A DNA stretch of 64,000 bases from NCBI GenBank assembly GCA_963743305.1, contig CAVUPH010000016.1, positions 32,001 to 96,000 of the forward strand, read 5' to 3'. A program made the translations under genes and the position numbers. The notes under the pieces were generated by a model, which saw only the letters and a program-made list of their open reading frames with translations, made no database searches and was not told the origin of the DNA. Source of the stretch: an uncultured delta proteobacterium (GTDB taxonomy: Bacteria; Desulfobacterota; RBG-13-43-22). Below, piece by piece: positions 39,522-50,672 of the stretch (its first letter is position 1; each line of letters starts with the position of its first letter).

Positions 39522-40391
39522 ATGGGATCCAAGACCGTCATTACCTGCGCCTTGACCGGCGTTTTGACCAATCCGGCCGTTCACAACGTCCCGGTGACAC
39601 CGGAGGAAATGGCCGAGCAGACCCAGCAGGCCTACGATGCCGGGGCCTCTACGGTACATGTTCATTTCCGGAATCAGGGTCCGGGGCTGGGGCATCTGCC
39701 CACCTGGGACCTGGAAACGGTTGGCGCCATCCTGGAGGCCGTCAAGACCCGGGTCCCGGAAATCATTATCTGTATGAGCACGGGGGTGATGGGGCCGGAT
39801 ATATCCGCTCCGGCGGCCTGCCTGGAAAAATTCAAACCGGAGATGGCCGCCTGTAACGCCGGATCGCTTAATTACCTGAAGTTGAAGAGCGACGGGAGGT
39901 GGGCCTGGCCGCCGACGCTGTTCGACAATCCGGTGGATAAGGTGGAAAGGTTTCTGCAGGTGATGAAGGCCAACGGCGTGGTTCCCGAATTTGAATGTTT
40001 CGACAGCGGGATCGTTCGAAGCGTCGGGCTGTACCAGCGTAACGGGATGTTCATCGGGCCGGCCCATATCTCCCTGGTCATGGGGGTGGCCAGCGGGATG
40101 CCGGCCAAGCCGGAATGGCTTCCGTTGTTGATGGAAGAGATGCCTGCGGGCGCCCTTTGGCAGGTGATCGCCATCGGGCGTCAGGATGTCTGGCCGCTCC
40201 ACCGTCGATGTGTGGAATTGGGTGGAAACGTTCGAACCGGCCTGGAGGATACCTTCTATCTGCCCAACGGGGAAAAGGCCCCCCACAACGGGGCCTTGAT
40301 CGAGGCCTTGGCCAAGGTGGTCCGGGAGGCGGGGAGAGAGATTGCCAGTCCGGCCGAGGCCCGGGAAATACTGGGGTTGCCTGTCCGGTGA
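39522..40391 (+). CDS. BKACE / 3-keto-5-aminohexanoate cleavage family (DUF849)
   Basis: ITCALTG, PVTPEE, AGAS.VHVH.R, PEFECFD, GGNVRTGLED, ASPAEAREILGL. Confidence 0.93.
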   Translation: MGSKTVITCALTGVLTNPAVHNVPVTPEEMAEQTQQAYDAGASTVHVHFRNQGPGLGHLPTWDLETVGAILEAVKTRVPEIIICMSTGVMGPDISAPAACLEKFKPEMAACNAGSLNYLKLKSDGRWAWPPTLFDNPVDKVERFLQVMKANGVVPEFECFDSGIVRSVGLYQRNGMFIGPAHISLVMGVASGMPAKPEWLPLLMEEMPAGALWQVIAIGRQDVWPLHRRCVELGGNVRTGLEDTFYLPNGEKAPHNGALIEALAKVVREAGREIASPAEAREILGLPVR

Positions 40392-40501
40392 ATTTAATGG
40401 GTGTTCAGGTGGTTGGGGATCTCCCCCGCCCCCCGCCCCCCCCGCCAGGGGAGGGGGAACAATGGACGATTTTTTTTACTTAAACGAAGGAGGTCAAGGC
40501 A

Positions 40502-40765
40502 ATGGACATAGAAACCAACCCCAACTTGATCGAAATCCGAGCGCCCATGTCCGGGGTCTTTTACCGCCGGCCGGCGCCGGAACAACCGCTTTATGTCCAA
40601 GAGGGCGATGAAGTTAAAAAGAAACAGGTAGTGGGTTTGCTGGAAACCATGAAAGTTTTCCAGAAAGTTAAATCCCCGGGGACCGGTAAGGTGGTCAAAA
40701 TCGTGGCGGAGAATGAGACCGCTTTGAAAGACGGTGACCTGATCATGGTCATCGAGGGCTCCTGA
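40502..40765 (+). CDS. Stand-alone biotin carboxyl carrier protein
   Basis: APMSGVFYRRPAP, ETMKV biotinylation site. Confidence 0.9.
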   Translation: MDIETNPNLIEIRAPMSGVFYRRPAPEQPLYVQEGDEVKKKQVVGLLETMKVFQKVKSPGTGKVVKIVAENETALKDGDLIMVIEGS

Positions 40766-40773
40766 GACGGGGC

Positions 40774-42144
40774 ATGTTTTCCAAGATCCTTATCGCCAAC
40801 CGGGGGGAGATCGCCCTCCGGATCATTCGGACCTGCCGGGAATTGGGCCTGCAGACAGTGGCCGTCTACTCGGAGGCCGACGTCCATTCGTTGCACCTGC
40901 AATTGGCGGATGAAACGGTGTGCATCGGGCCGGCCCCGAGCACTAAAAGTTATCTGGACGGGGAGCGGATTATCTCGGTGGCCAAAGCCAAGGGGGTACA
41001 GGCCGTTCATCCCGGTTACGGCTATCTGGCGGAAAATGACTCCTTTGCCCGGTCGTGTGAAGCGGCCGGGCTCGTTTTTATCGGACCTTCCTCCGATAGT
41101 CTTCGGCTGGCCGGGGAAAAAATCGCCGCCAAGAGGGTCATGAAAGAGGTCGGAGTGCCGGTGATTCCCGGCAGTGACCAGGGGGTGGGGACGACGGAAG
41201 AGGCCCTCCGGATTGGCGAGGAGATCGGCTACCCTTTAATGGTTAAGGCCGCCGGGGGGGGAGGCGGACGGGGCATTCGAATCTGTCCGGACCCCAAGAC
41301 CCTGCGGGAGGATTTTCCCGTGGCCCGGGGAGAAGCCCGGGCGGCTTTCGGGACCGACGAGGTCTATCTTGAGAAATACCTGGCCGAACCCCGGCATATC
41401 GAGTTCCAGATTCTGGCCGACTGCCGGGGAAGGATCGTCCATTTGGGTGAGCGGGAGTGCAGCATCCAGCGGAGGTACCAGAAACTCATTGAGGAATCAC
41501 CTTCGCCCCGGCTGACACCGGAACTTCGTCGGGTCATGGGGGCCATGGCCCTCCGGGCGGCCGCGGCCGTCGGTTACCGCAATGCCGGCACAGTGGAATT
41601 TCTGTTGGACGGGAACGGCCAATTCTACTTTATGGAAATCAATGCCCGGATCCAGGTGGAGCATCCGGTTACGGAAATGACTACCGGCGTCGATCTCATC
41701 CGGGAACAGATCCGACTGGCGGCCGGTGAAAACCTGTCCTTTCTTCAGGAGGATATCCGGTCCAGGGGTTGGGCGATTGAATGCCGGATCAATGCCGAGG
41801 ATGCGGAAAGGCATTTTCTGCCTTCTCCCGGGAAGATTGAGCTCTATCGTCCCCCTGGAGGCTTCGGCCTGCGGTTGGATAGCCATCTTTATCAGGGCTA
41901 TGAACTGCCGATCTTCTACGACTCCCTGGTCGCCAAGCTCATCGCCTGGGATCTTACCCGGAACGGGGCCATCCGGATAATGAAAAGGGCCTTGGAAGAG
42001 TTCCGGATCGAGCCGATTAAAACCACCATCCCACTACATCTGAAGATTATGGATGATCCTCTTTTTAATCAAGGGGAATTCAACACCCATTTTATCCAGA
42101 GACTCCTCCCCCAGGATGCGGAGGAAGAAGACGAGGACGAATAA
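40774..42144 (+). CDS. accC: Biotin carboxylase subunit
   Basis: IANRGEIA, GGGGRGIR, ERECSIQRR, EINARIQVEH. Confidence 0.93.
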   Translation: MFSKILIANRGEIALRIIRTCRELGLQTVAVYSEADVHSLHLQLADETVCIGPAPSTKSYLDGERIISVAKAKGVQAVHPGYGYLAENDSFARSCEAAGLVFIGPSSDSLRLAGEKIAAKRVMKEVGVPVIPGSDQGVGTTEEALRIGEEIGYPLMVKAAGGGGGRGIRICPDPKTLREDFPVARGEARAAFGTDEVYLEKYLAEPRHIEFQILADCRGRIVHLGERECSIQRRYQKLIEESPSPRLTPELRRVMGAMALRAAAAVGYRNAGTVEFLLDGNGQFYFMEINARIQVEHPVTEMTTGVDLIREQIRLAAGENLSFLQEDIRSRGWAIECRINAEDAERHFLPSPGKIELYRPPGGFGLRLDSHLYQGYELPIFYDSLVAKLIAWDLTRNGAIRIMKRALEEFRIEPIKTTIPLHLKIMDDPLFNQGEFNTHFIQRLLPQDAEEEDEDE

Positions 42145-42146
42145 GC

Positions 42147-43292
42147 ATGGATTTCGAACTTACCGAAGAACAGCGAATGCTCAAGGAGCAAGTGGCCCGT
42201 TTCGTCGACCAGGATGTCATCCCCCGGGCCCCGATCATCGATGAGGAGGAACGTTTTCCTGAGGAGAATTTCCGGGCCATGGCGGATATGGGTCTGTTCG
42301 GGATCGCCCTCCCCGAAGAATACGGGGGAGCGGGATCGGATTTCCTGTCCTGTGTACTGGTTATGGAAGAGCTGATGCGGGGGTGCGTTTCCACTGGAAA
42401 CACCTACGGGGCCCACGCCATCCTCTGCACGGAAAGCATATTCAGGAACGGGAATGAGGCGCAGCGCCGGCGTTTTCTGCCGGACCTCATCGCCGGAAAA
42501 ACGATCGGGGCCCTGGCTTTGACCGAGCCGGGCGCGGGATCGGACGCCCTTTCCCTGCGCTGCCGGGCTGAAAAGAAAGGAGATCGCTATATCCTGAACG
42601 GGTCCAAGACGTTTATCACCAACGGGCCCATCGCCGACGTGGCCATCGTCTATGCCAAAACCAACCCGGAGGCCGGGCCGAAAGGCATTTCCGCCTTCAT
42701 CGTGGAAGCGGGATTCCCGGGGTTCATCAAGGGGAAGCCCATGAAAAAGATGGGGGTCAGGGGTTCGCCGACCGGAGAACTGTTCTTCGAGAACTGCGAA
42801 GTCCCCCTGGAGAACCTGCTGGGCGAGGAAAACCGGGGAATCAACGTCCTGATGAGCGGCCTGGACCGCGAGCGGATCCTCTGGTCCATTGCGCCCATCG
42901 GCGTGGCCCAGGGGGCTTTCGACCTGGCCTTTCGGTACGCCCGGGAAAGGATCCAGTTCGGCCAGCCCATCATCCAATTTCAGATGATCCAGGATATCCT
43001 GGCCGGCATGGCCACGGAAATCCAGGCCGGGCGGGTCCTTTCCTACTGGGCGGCCACACTGGCCGGCAGCGGAAAAAAAGTGAGGCTGGAGGCCTCCTAT
43101 GCCAAATTATTCTGCGCCGAGGCCGGGGTTCGGGCCGTGGGCCAGGCCATGCAGGTTTTCGGTGGGTACGGCTTCATTCGGGAATACCCCATCGAGCGGA
43201 TGTACCGGGACGTAAAGGGCATCGAGTTCGGGGCGGGAACCAACCAGATCCAGAAGCTGATTATCATGGGAGAGTTGATGAAAAAATCATAA
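42147..43292 (+). CDS. Acyl-CoA dehydrogenase, isovaleryl-CoA dehydrogenase-like
   Basis: ALTEPGAGSD, KMGVRGSPTGEL, LMSGLDRER (IVD-type catalytic Glu position), FGAGTNQ. Confidence 0.9.
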   Translation: MDFELTEEQRMLKEQVARFVDQDVIPRAPIIDEEERFPEENFRAMADMGLFGIALPEEYGGAGSDFLSCVLVMEELMRGCVSTGNTYGAHAILCTESIFRNGNEAQRRRFLPDLIAGKTIGALALTEPGAGSDALSLRCRAEKKGDRYILNGSKTFITNGPIADVAIVYAKTNPEAGPKGISAFIVEAGFPGFIKGKPMKKMGVRGSPTGELFFENCEVPLENLLGEENRGINVLMSGLDRERILWSIAPIGVAQGAFDLAFRYARERIQFGQPIIQFQMIQDILAGMATEIQAGRVLSYWAATLAGSGKKVRLEASYAKLFCAEAGVRAVGQAMQVFGGYGFIREYPIERMYRDVKGIEFGAGTNQIQKLIIMGELMKKS

Positions 43293-43320
43293 AAGGAAAC
43301 AAGGGACAAGAGGCAAGGAG

Positions 43321-44997
43321 ATGGAAGAGAGAGGATCTGGCACAAATCTTATGACCCCCAGGTACCCCCGGGCATCGACTACGAGCCGCTCACCCTGCCC
43401 GAGGCCCTGGATCGAAGCGCCAGAAATTACCCGCATCAGGCAGCCCTGCTGATGATGGGCAAGAAGATCACCTACCGGGAGTTGAATGCCCTGGTGAACC
43501 GGTTTGCCAATGCCCTGCGGGACCTGGGAGTAAAAAAAGGCGACAAGGTGGCCCTGCTGCTGCCCAACATTCCCCAGGGGTTCATCGCCTGCTTATGCGG
43601 TTTTCCGCTTGGGCGCCGTGGTGGTCATGAACAACCCCCTGTACACCGAATCGGAACTGGAATACCAGCTCAATGATTCGGATTCCACGGTGGCCATCTC
43701 GCTCGACCTGCTCATCCCCCGTATCCTCAAATTGAAAGAAAAGACCGGGATCCGGACGATCATTTCCTGTCATATTCGGGACTACCTTCCTTTTCCGGCC
43801 AAGCAACTCTTCCCCCTGGTCAAAAAAAGCCTGCATCGTCAACCCGTTTCCGGGGAAGAGGTCTATGAGTTCCTGGACCTGGTCAACAAATTTCCGGATC
43901 AGCCCCCGGACGCCGAAGTAAACCTGGACGACCTGGGAGCTCTGCTCTATACCGGCGGTACCACCGGCGTTTCCAAGGGCGTCATGCTGACCCATAGAAA
44001 TTTAAGTGTCAACGTCCAGCAGCTTCGGGCCTGGACTTTCGATGCCGGGGAAGGCCGGGAAAGCCTTATGGGAATCTTCCCCATTTTTCACAGCGCCGGG
44101 TTTACAGCGGTCATGAACCACTGCCTCTATCGAGGGTTGAGCATCATCCTGGTCCCGAAACCTGACCCGGAGGGCGTACTCAAAATGACCAAGAAATACC
44201 GCCCGGACTACTTCCCCTGCGTCCCCACGCTCTATGTGGGCCTGCTCAATCATCCGGAATTTCCCAAAACCGATTTTTCCTTTATCAAGGGGTGTGTCTC
44301 CGGCGCCGCCCCCCTGCCTCTGGAGACGCTCAAACAATGGAAAGATGTGGTCGGCGCCCAGATCATGGAGGTCTACGGCCTGACCGAGACCTCACCCCTT
44401 TCCCACGCCAACCCCTGGAGAGGAAAGGCCAAGGCGGGGAGCGTGGGACTACCCGTACCGGACACGGACTGCAAGATCGTCGACTTGGTGGACGGCACCA
44501 AGGAAATGGGACTGGGTGAAAGCGGAGAGATCTTGCTGAAAGGCCCGCAGCTTACCCAGGGTTATTACAAGAAACCGGAGGAGACGGCCGAGGCCATCCG
44601 GGACGGCTGGTTCTATACCGGAGACATCGGTTACCTGGACGACGAAGGGTACCTCTACATCGTGGACCGCAAGAAAGACATGATCATCGCCGGCGGATTT
44701 AATATCTATCCCCGGGACATCGACGAAGTTCTTTATGAGCATCCCAAGATCAAGGAGGCCTGTGCCGTGGGCATCCCCGACCCCTACCGGGGCGAAACGG
44801 TCAAGGCCTTTATCGTTCCCCGGGAGGGGGAGACCTTGACCGCCGAGGAGGTCATCTTGTTCTGCCGGGAGAAACTGGCCGCCTATAAGACGCCCAAGCA
44901 GGTTGAATTTGTGGAGGATCTTCCCAAAAGCACGGTGGGAAAGGTGTTACGAAGGAAGCTCAGGGAAATGGAGATGGAAAAAGCTAAAAAGCAATAG
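43321..44997 (+). CDS. Long-chain fatty acid-CoA ligase (indels near 43328 and 43592)
   Basis: [36 protein letters not shown]; N-terminus [11 protein letters not shown] in a shifted frame. Confidence 0.93.
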
Positions 44998-45124
44998 AGA
45001 GGGAAGAAGTAAGAAAAGAGATGGAAGAGGGGAGATGGAAGAGGGAAGCAAAGACCCCTACCCCCTAAACCCTGTACCCGGCAATAATGGGAAGAAGACA
45101 GAAGAGGCAGATGGGAAAGTTTTT

Positions 45125-46988
45125 ATGAGCGGCAGTTGGAATAGGTTTCTGGAAGTAGAACTGGGTTCCGGGAAAACGGGAATCCGGAGGATCGATCAAG
45201 CGGATTTAAGGTTCTTTGTTGGTGGGGCTTCACTGGCGGCTCGATTTTTTTGCGATACGCCCGGACCGGAAGTCGATCCGTTGTCCCCGGAGAATCCCTT
45301 GTTGATCATGGCCGGGCCCCTGGTCGGGACGACCTTTCCCGGCACTTCCCGTTTTGTCCTCTGCGCCCGCTCTCCGCTGACCGGAATCTGGGGGGAATCC
45401 AGCGCCGGGGGGGCCTTCGGGGCCGATCTCAAGAAAGCCGGATATGACGGCATCTTCATTTCCGGGCGGGCGGAACGACCTTCCTATATCCTGATAGAGG
45501 ATAACCGAGTCTCCCTTCGTGAAGCCGGGGACCTTTGGGGGAAAGATACCTACGACACCATTGATGCGTTAAGAGGGAGACATCCGGGAAAACATCCGGT
45601 CAAGGTCCTGGCCATCGGGCCGGCCGGTGAGCACTTGGTTAAGTATGCCTCGGTTTGCCATGATAAGGCCCATCACCTGGGGCGGACCGGGATGGGAGCG
45701 GTTATGGGCAGCAAGCAGCTTAAGGCCGTGCTCGTCCGGGGTTCGGGAAAGGTGCCTATTGCCCGGGAAGATGCTTTTGGTGAGGCCCGAAAGGCGGCTC
45801 TGCAGGCGATCAAGGAGTCCATGATGGCGGATTCGTTTCAGCAGTTGGGAACGGCGGCCGCCATGGACCTGGGGATGATGACCGGGGACGTTCCCCTGAA
45901 AAACTGGTCGCTGGGCGTCAATTATGAAATGGCCGATGCCCTCGGCGGACCGGCCCTGGCGGATAAAATGCTCCAGGGTCGGACGGCCTGTTATGCCTGC
46001 CCCATCGGCTGCAAGCCGGTGGTGGAGTTCCATAGTTCCTCCTTACGAACTGCGGAAGGGCCCCGGCCCGGAGTATGAGACCTGCGCGGCTTTCGGCACG
46101 ATGATCATGAATGACAACCTGTATGCCGTGGCCCGGGCCAATGAGCGCTGCAACCGGCTGGGGCTGGACACGATCAGCTGCGGGGCCACCATCGCCTTCA
46201 TCATGGAGGCCTTCGAGAAGGGGTTGCTGACCGCAAGCGAACTGGACGGCCTGGAGCTGCACTGGGGCGGAATCGATTCCGCGCTGACCTTGATCGAGCG
46301 GATTGCTTATCGAAAGGGATTTGGGGATCAGGCGGCTGAAGGAAGCCGGGCACTGGCCGCAGGTTGGGAAGAGGGGCTGAAGCGTTTGAAGTGACCATTA
46401 AAGGGTTGGAGCTGCCGATGCATGATCCGCGCGGATTTCACGGCATGGCCCTGGCTTATATGAATTCCAACCGGGGGGCCTGCCATTTGCAGCACTCGGT
46501 CCAGGCCGTGGAACAGGGGGTCGTGGTCTGGCCCGAGGCCGGTCTGCAGGAAGACTATGCGGCCCAGGAAAGCGAAGGGAAAGCCGAAATGGTCGCTCTT
46601 TCCGAAAATCTGGGGCAGATGTCCAACGCGGTCTGTGTCTGTCATTTCGTCCAATGGACCATGGGCTTGACCAACCTCCTGAACGGGTTTAACGCGGTTA
46701 CCGGCTATGAATTCGATTTCCGGGAATTTATGGAGGCGGGCCGGAGGTCCTGGGTTTTGAAACGGGCGCTGAACAACACCATGGGCGTAACTGCCGCGGA
46801 CGACCGGCTGCCGAAACGAATTCTCACCCCGCTGGCGGAGGGAGGGGCGGCCGGGAGTGTTCCGGATGAGAATCGGTTGAAAAGTGACTATTACCGGATC
46901 CGCGGTCTGGATGAAAAAGGATTTCCCACAGAGGAAACCCTGAACGAACTCGGACTTTCGTTTGTAAACACCAGGCGTCATCCGATAA
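45125..46988 (+). CDS. Aldehyde:ferredoxin oxidoreductase family (W/Mo), frameshifts near 46040, 46365 and the 3' end
   Basis: SPLTG, GRTGMGAVMGSK, C..CPIGC, PEYET, GLDTIS, KGLELPMHDPR, RGACH, DDRLP across three ORFs; end coordinate approximate. Confidence 0.88.
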
Positions 46989-47004
46989 GGAGGAAACCAT
47001 ACTC

Positions 47005-47427
47005 ATGGCGAAACTGGAAGTGTTCAGCCCGGCCTGGTGTCAGGCCTGGGAGGAGAAAGTCAGGGCCAGCAAGGATTTTGCTCTCTTCAATAAAGGCTGG
47101 GAAGGGGATATCGGCTGTTTCATCCTCAAAGACCCGGCGGCCAATCTTCCGGAGGACCTGTACCTCTACCTGGATTTCGAGGACGGTAAGGTCAACGGTA
47201 TCACCATGGTGGGCAGGGATAAGGCGGAACAGGCCAAGTTCATTATAACCGGTGATTACGTCCGTTGGAAACAGGTGGCCAAAAAGGAACTGGACGCGGT
47301 AAAGGCCATGATGCAGGGCAAGCTGAAGCTAAAGGGCAATCTGCCTTATGTCGTCAAGTACATCAAAGGGGTGCAGGAGTCCATACGTTGTCTCACTGAG
47401 CTGGATTCAAAATTTCCGGATGATTAA
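47005..47427 (+). CDS. SCP2 sterol/lipid-binding domain protein
   Basis: FSPAWC..W..., KAMMQGKLKLKG; AGGAGG RBS. Confidence 0.85.
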   Translation: MAKLEVFSPAWCQAWEEKVRASKDFALFNKGWEGDIGCFILKDPAANLPEDLYLYLDFEDGKVNGITMVGRDKAEQAKFIITGDYVRWKQVAKKELDAVKAMMQGKLKLKGNLPYVVKYIKGVQESIRCLTELDSKFPDD

Positions 47428-47441
47428 AAAAGGGTCTGAAC

Positions 47442-48607
47442 ATGTCCTACGATGCGGATTTCAATTTTAATTATTTTGCTCCCACCCGGGTTGTTTTCGG
47501 TGCAGGGTCTGTTAGCGAGCTTCCCATTGAAGTAAGCAAGCTGGGCCATAAAGCGATCCTGGTGACCGACGAGGGCCTGGTAGCCGCAGGGATGGTGGAT
47601 CCGGTCAAGGATATTCTGGGGAAAGCCCTGGTCGGCATCTACGCTGAAATTCCCCAGGACAGCGGCATGGAGGTGGTCGATCGGGCCGCGGCCTACGCGG
47701 TGTCCCTGGGCGCCGACGTGGTGGTGAGCCTCGGCGGGGGAAGTGTCATGGATACGGCCAAGGGGATGTGCATCCTGATGAAGGAAGGCGGCAGCCTCCG
47801 CGATTTTCAGGGGATGCAGATGCTCACCCGCCCCCAGACGCCCCACATTACCATCCCCACCACGGCCGGCACGGGATCGGAGGTGACCAGCGCCGCGGTC
47901 GTCCTGGACCGGGAACAGGGTCAGAAGATCCTCATTTATGATTATTTCATCACTCCCCAAGTGGCGATCCTGGACCCGAGGATGACCGAAAAGCTTCCCC
48001 CGGGATTGACGGCCTCTACCGGGATGGATGCCATGACCCATGCTGTGGAGTGTTATCTCTCGCTGCAACGGAACCCCATCTCTGATGCCGCCGCCCTGCA
48101 TGCCGTTCGTCTTATTACCCGCTTTTTACCGGCAGCGGTTAACGACGGGACCGATTTGGCGGCCCGCGGCCAGATGCAGGGTGCCGCCCTGCTGGCCGGG
48201 TGGGCCTTTTCCAACGCCCTGCTGGGCCTGACCCATGCCCTGGCCCACTCCCTGGGAGCGGTCACGGGTCTGCCCCACGGGCTGGCCAACGGGATCCTCC
48301 TGCCCCACGTCATGCGCTACAACCTGGAAGAAGTCCCCGACCTGCTGGCCGATATTGCCGAAGCCATGGGAGTGGCCGTCCGGGGCTATGGACAGTCGGG
48401 AAGCGGGGGAGGCGGCCGTTTACGGGATGGAGGATTTTTTGAAACGGATCGGACATCCCTCGCGGCCTGCGGGATGTCGGGGATAAAAGAAAATTCTTAA
48501 AACCCTGTGCCGAACTGGCCATTGAGCGACGGTTCCATCATCTATAATCCGAGAATGGTTGTGGATACGTGAAGAGGTGCTAACGGTGTTGAAGCAGGCT
48601 TTATTAA
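47442..48607 (+). CDS. Iron-containing alcohol dehydrogenase (several 3' frameshifts)
   Basis: GGGSVMD, IPTTAGTGSE, DAMTHAVE, H.LAH, HGLANG; end approximate. Confidence 0.9.
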
Positions 48608-48613
48608 TTGGCT

Positions 48614-49053
48614 ATGTTAAAAAAAGCTAACACCACGTGAAATACGCCTGGCTCCGGGCGCCGAAGAGATCGGATTGACGCACATGCTCCGGGATTTGTT
48701 GATTCAGAACCTTGAACAGCACCCGCAGAAGTTCAGGCGACTTCCGAAAACTCCGTCTCAAGGCCGGACTTACGGTTCCCGATGCCGAAGTGGCCTTGAC
48801 CTTGGAATTCGATAGGGGGACCTTAACAATTTATCCCGGTATCCTGAACGATTCGCAACTCCGGATTACTTCCGAGGCTGATATGGTCATGGCCCTTTCC
48901 AACCTCCGGATCAAGTGGGGCCTACCCTATTACTTCGATGAACCGGGGAAAGAAGTCCTGGCCGCCATGCGATCCGGCAGGATCAAAATCAAGGGGTTGA
49001 TCCGGCATTTCCCAGGTCTGGTGAGGCTCTCCAGGATCATGTCGGTACATTAG
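48614..49053 (+). CDS. Hypothetical SCP2-like protein (5' part frameshifted)
   Basis: Alpha/beta pattern ending AMRSGRIKIKG resembles the SCP2 C-terminus; start uncertain. Confidence 0.5.
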
Positions 49054-49161
49054 AAGCAAGGTAGAAGGTGCAAGGTGTACGGTATAAGGCGTGAATATTA
49101 AAAGTAGTGGGCGCAAGGCCCAAGGGGTAAGGCGCAAGGAAATATCAAGAAGGAGTTTTTT

Positions 49162-50663
49162 ATGGAATCTTTGACGTTGTCGTAATAGGTGCCGGAAACG
49201 GCGGTCTCACCGCCTCGACCACCCTGGCCCAGAAGGGGCTCAAGGTCCTGCTGCTGGAACGGCACAATATCCCCGGCGGCTGCGCCACCAGCTTCTGCCG
49301 GGGGCGGTTTGAGTTCGAGGTGGCCCTGCACCAGCTCAGCGGGGTAGGGACCTCGGAAAATCCGGGCCCGCTCCGGATGCTTCTATCTCAACTGGGGATC
49401 CTGGACGACCTGGAACTGGTGGAGATGAAAGATCTTTTCAATGTCAGCGGTCCGGGGGATTTTCGGCTGTCCCTGAAGCCCGACCGGGGTCAGGTGGTCG
49501 CTGCGCTTCAGGAACGGTTTCCTAAAGAGCGGGAAGGAATCGATCGGTTTTTCGAGCTTTCCTATCAGTATGCCCAGCAGATGCTTTCGGCCTTTTATTT
49601 CAAGGACCCGGAGCCTTCCCGGGAAAAATATCCGGTTCTCTATCACTACGCCTATAAACCGGCGATAGAAGTACTGGATGAACTGTTCGCTGATCCACTG
49701 CTTAAGTCCGTGATTTCTTCCTACTGGGGATTTTTAGGCCTCCCCCCCAGCCGGTTGTCTTTCGCCTACCTGGCCATGCTGTTTTTCGTTTATATCGAAT
49801 TCAAGCCGTTTCATCTCAAAGGCGGCTCTCAGGCCTTGTCCAACGCTTTGATCAACCGCTTTTTATCCCAGGGCGGGACGGTCCGTTTCAATTGCGGGGT
49901 TGATAAGATCCTGATGAAAGAGGGACGCATTGAAGGGGTGGTCGTCGAATCAGGGGAGAAGATTAAGACCCGCTACCTGGTTTCCAATGCCTCCCCGGTG
50001 ACCACCTACACCCGGCTATTGGATCCGGAAAATGTCCCGGAGTTTGTGTTTCAAGAAATGCGGGGAAGATCACTCAGCCCTTCGGCCTTTGTTTTGTATA
50101 TGGGATTTGATTGCGAACCTCAGGAGCTGGGTATCACCGGTTCCATGACTTTTTTGGCCACCCATACGGATATTTCGGATAGAAATCTCCTGGATATGCA
50201 GCGGTTGGATTTGGGCGACCAATTTATGGCCCTGAGTTGTTACGATGTGGCGGACCCCGACTTTTCTCCGCCGGGGACCTGCCAGGTGAGTGCCGTTACC
50301 CTGAAATACGGGGAACCCTGGCTGCGGGTTCCTCCGGGGGAATACCATCGGGTGAAATTCCGCTGTGCCGAATCCATGCTGCGGCGGGTGGAGGCAGCTT
50401 TCCCGGGGGCGCGGAATCATATCGAGGAAATCGAGGCGGCCACCCCCCTGACCCACATGCGTTACCTGGGGCATCCCAACGGGTCCATTTACGGCTTCGA
50501 GCAATACACCAAGGACTCCATGTTCTTCCAACCCGGCCGGACTTCCCCCGTCTCGGGACTGTTTTTTGCCAGCGGCTGGACCGGGGACTGTGGGTTCCAG
50601 CCGACACTTGAGGCCGGGGCGGCGGCCGCCAGATCCATTATTCGGGAACTTGAAGGGAAGTAG
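49162..50663 (+). CDS. Phytoene desaturase/retinol saturase-like FAD oxidoreductase (indel just after the ATG)
   Basis: FDVVVIGAGNGGL..LLLERHNIPGGCATSF.RG.FEFE upstream and in frame with ORF 49320; KGGSQALS, ATPLT..RY, GSIYG, GLFFASGW. Confidence 0.85.
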
Positions 50664-50672
50664 GAGGGGACG

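Noticed and set aside
31904-42977. Long antisense ORFs (31904-32977, 36461-37609, 38309-39370, 42069-42977)
   Set aside because: Shadows of GC-rich sense genes with clear family motifs; no recognisable domains of their own.
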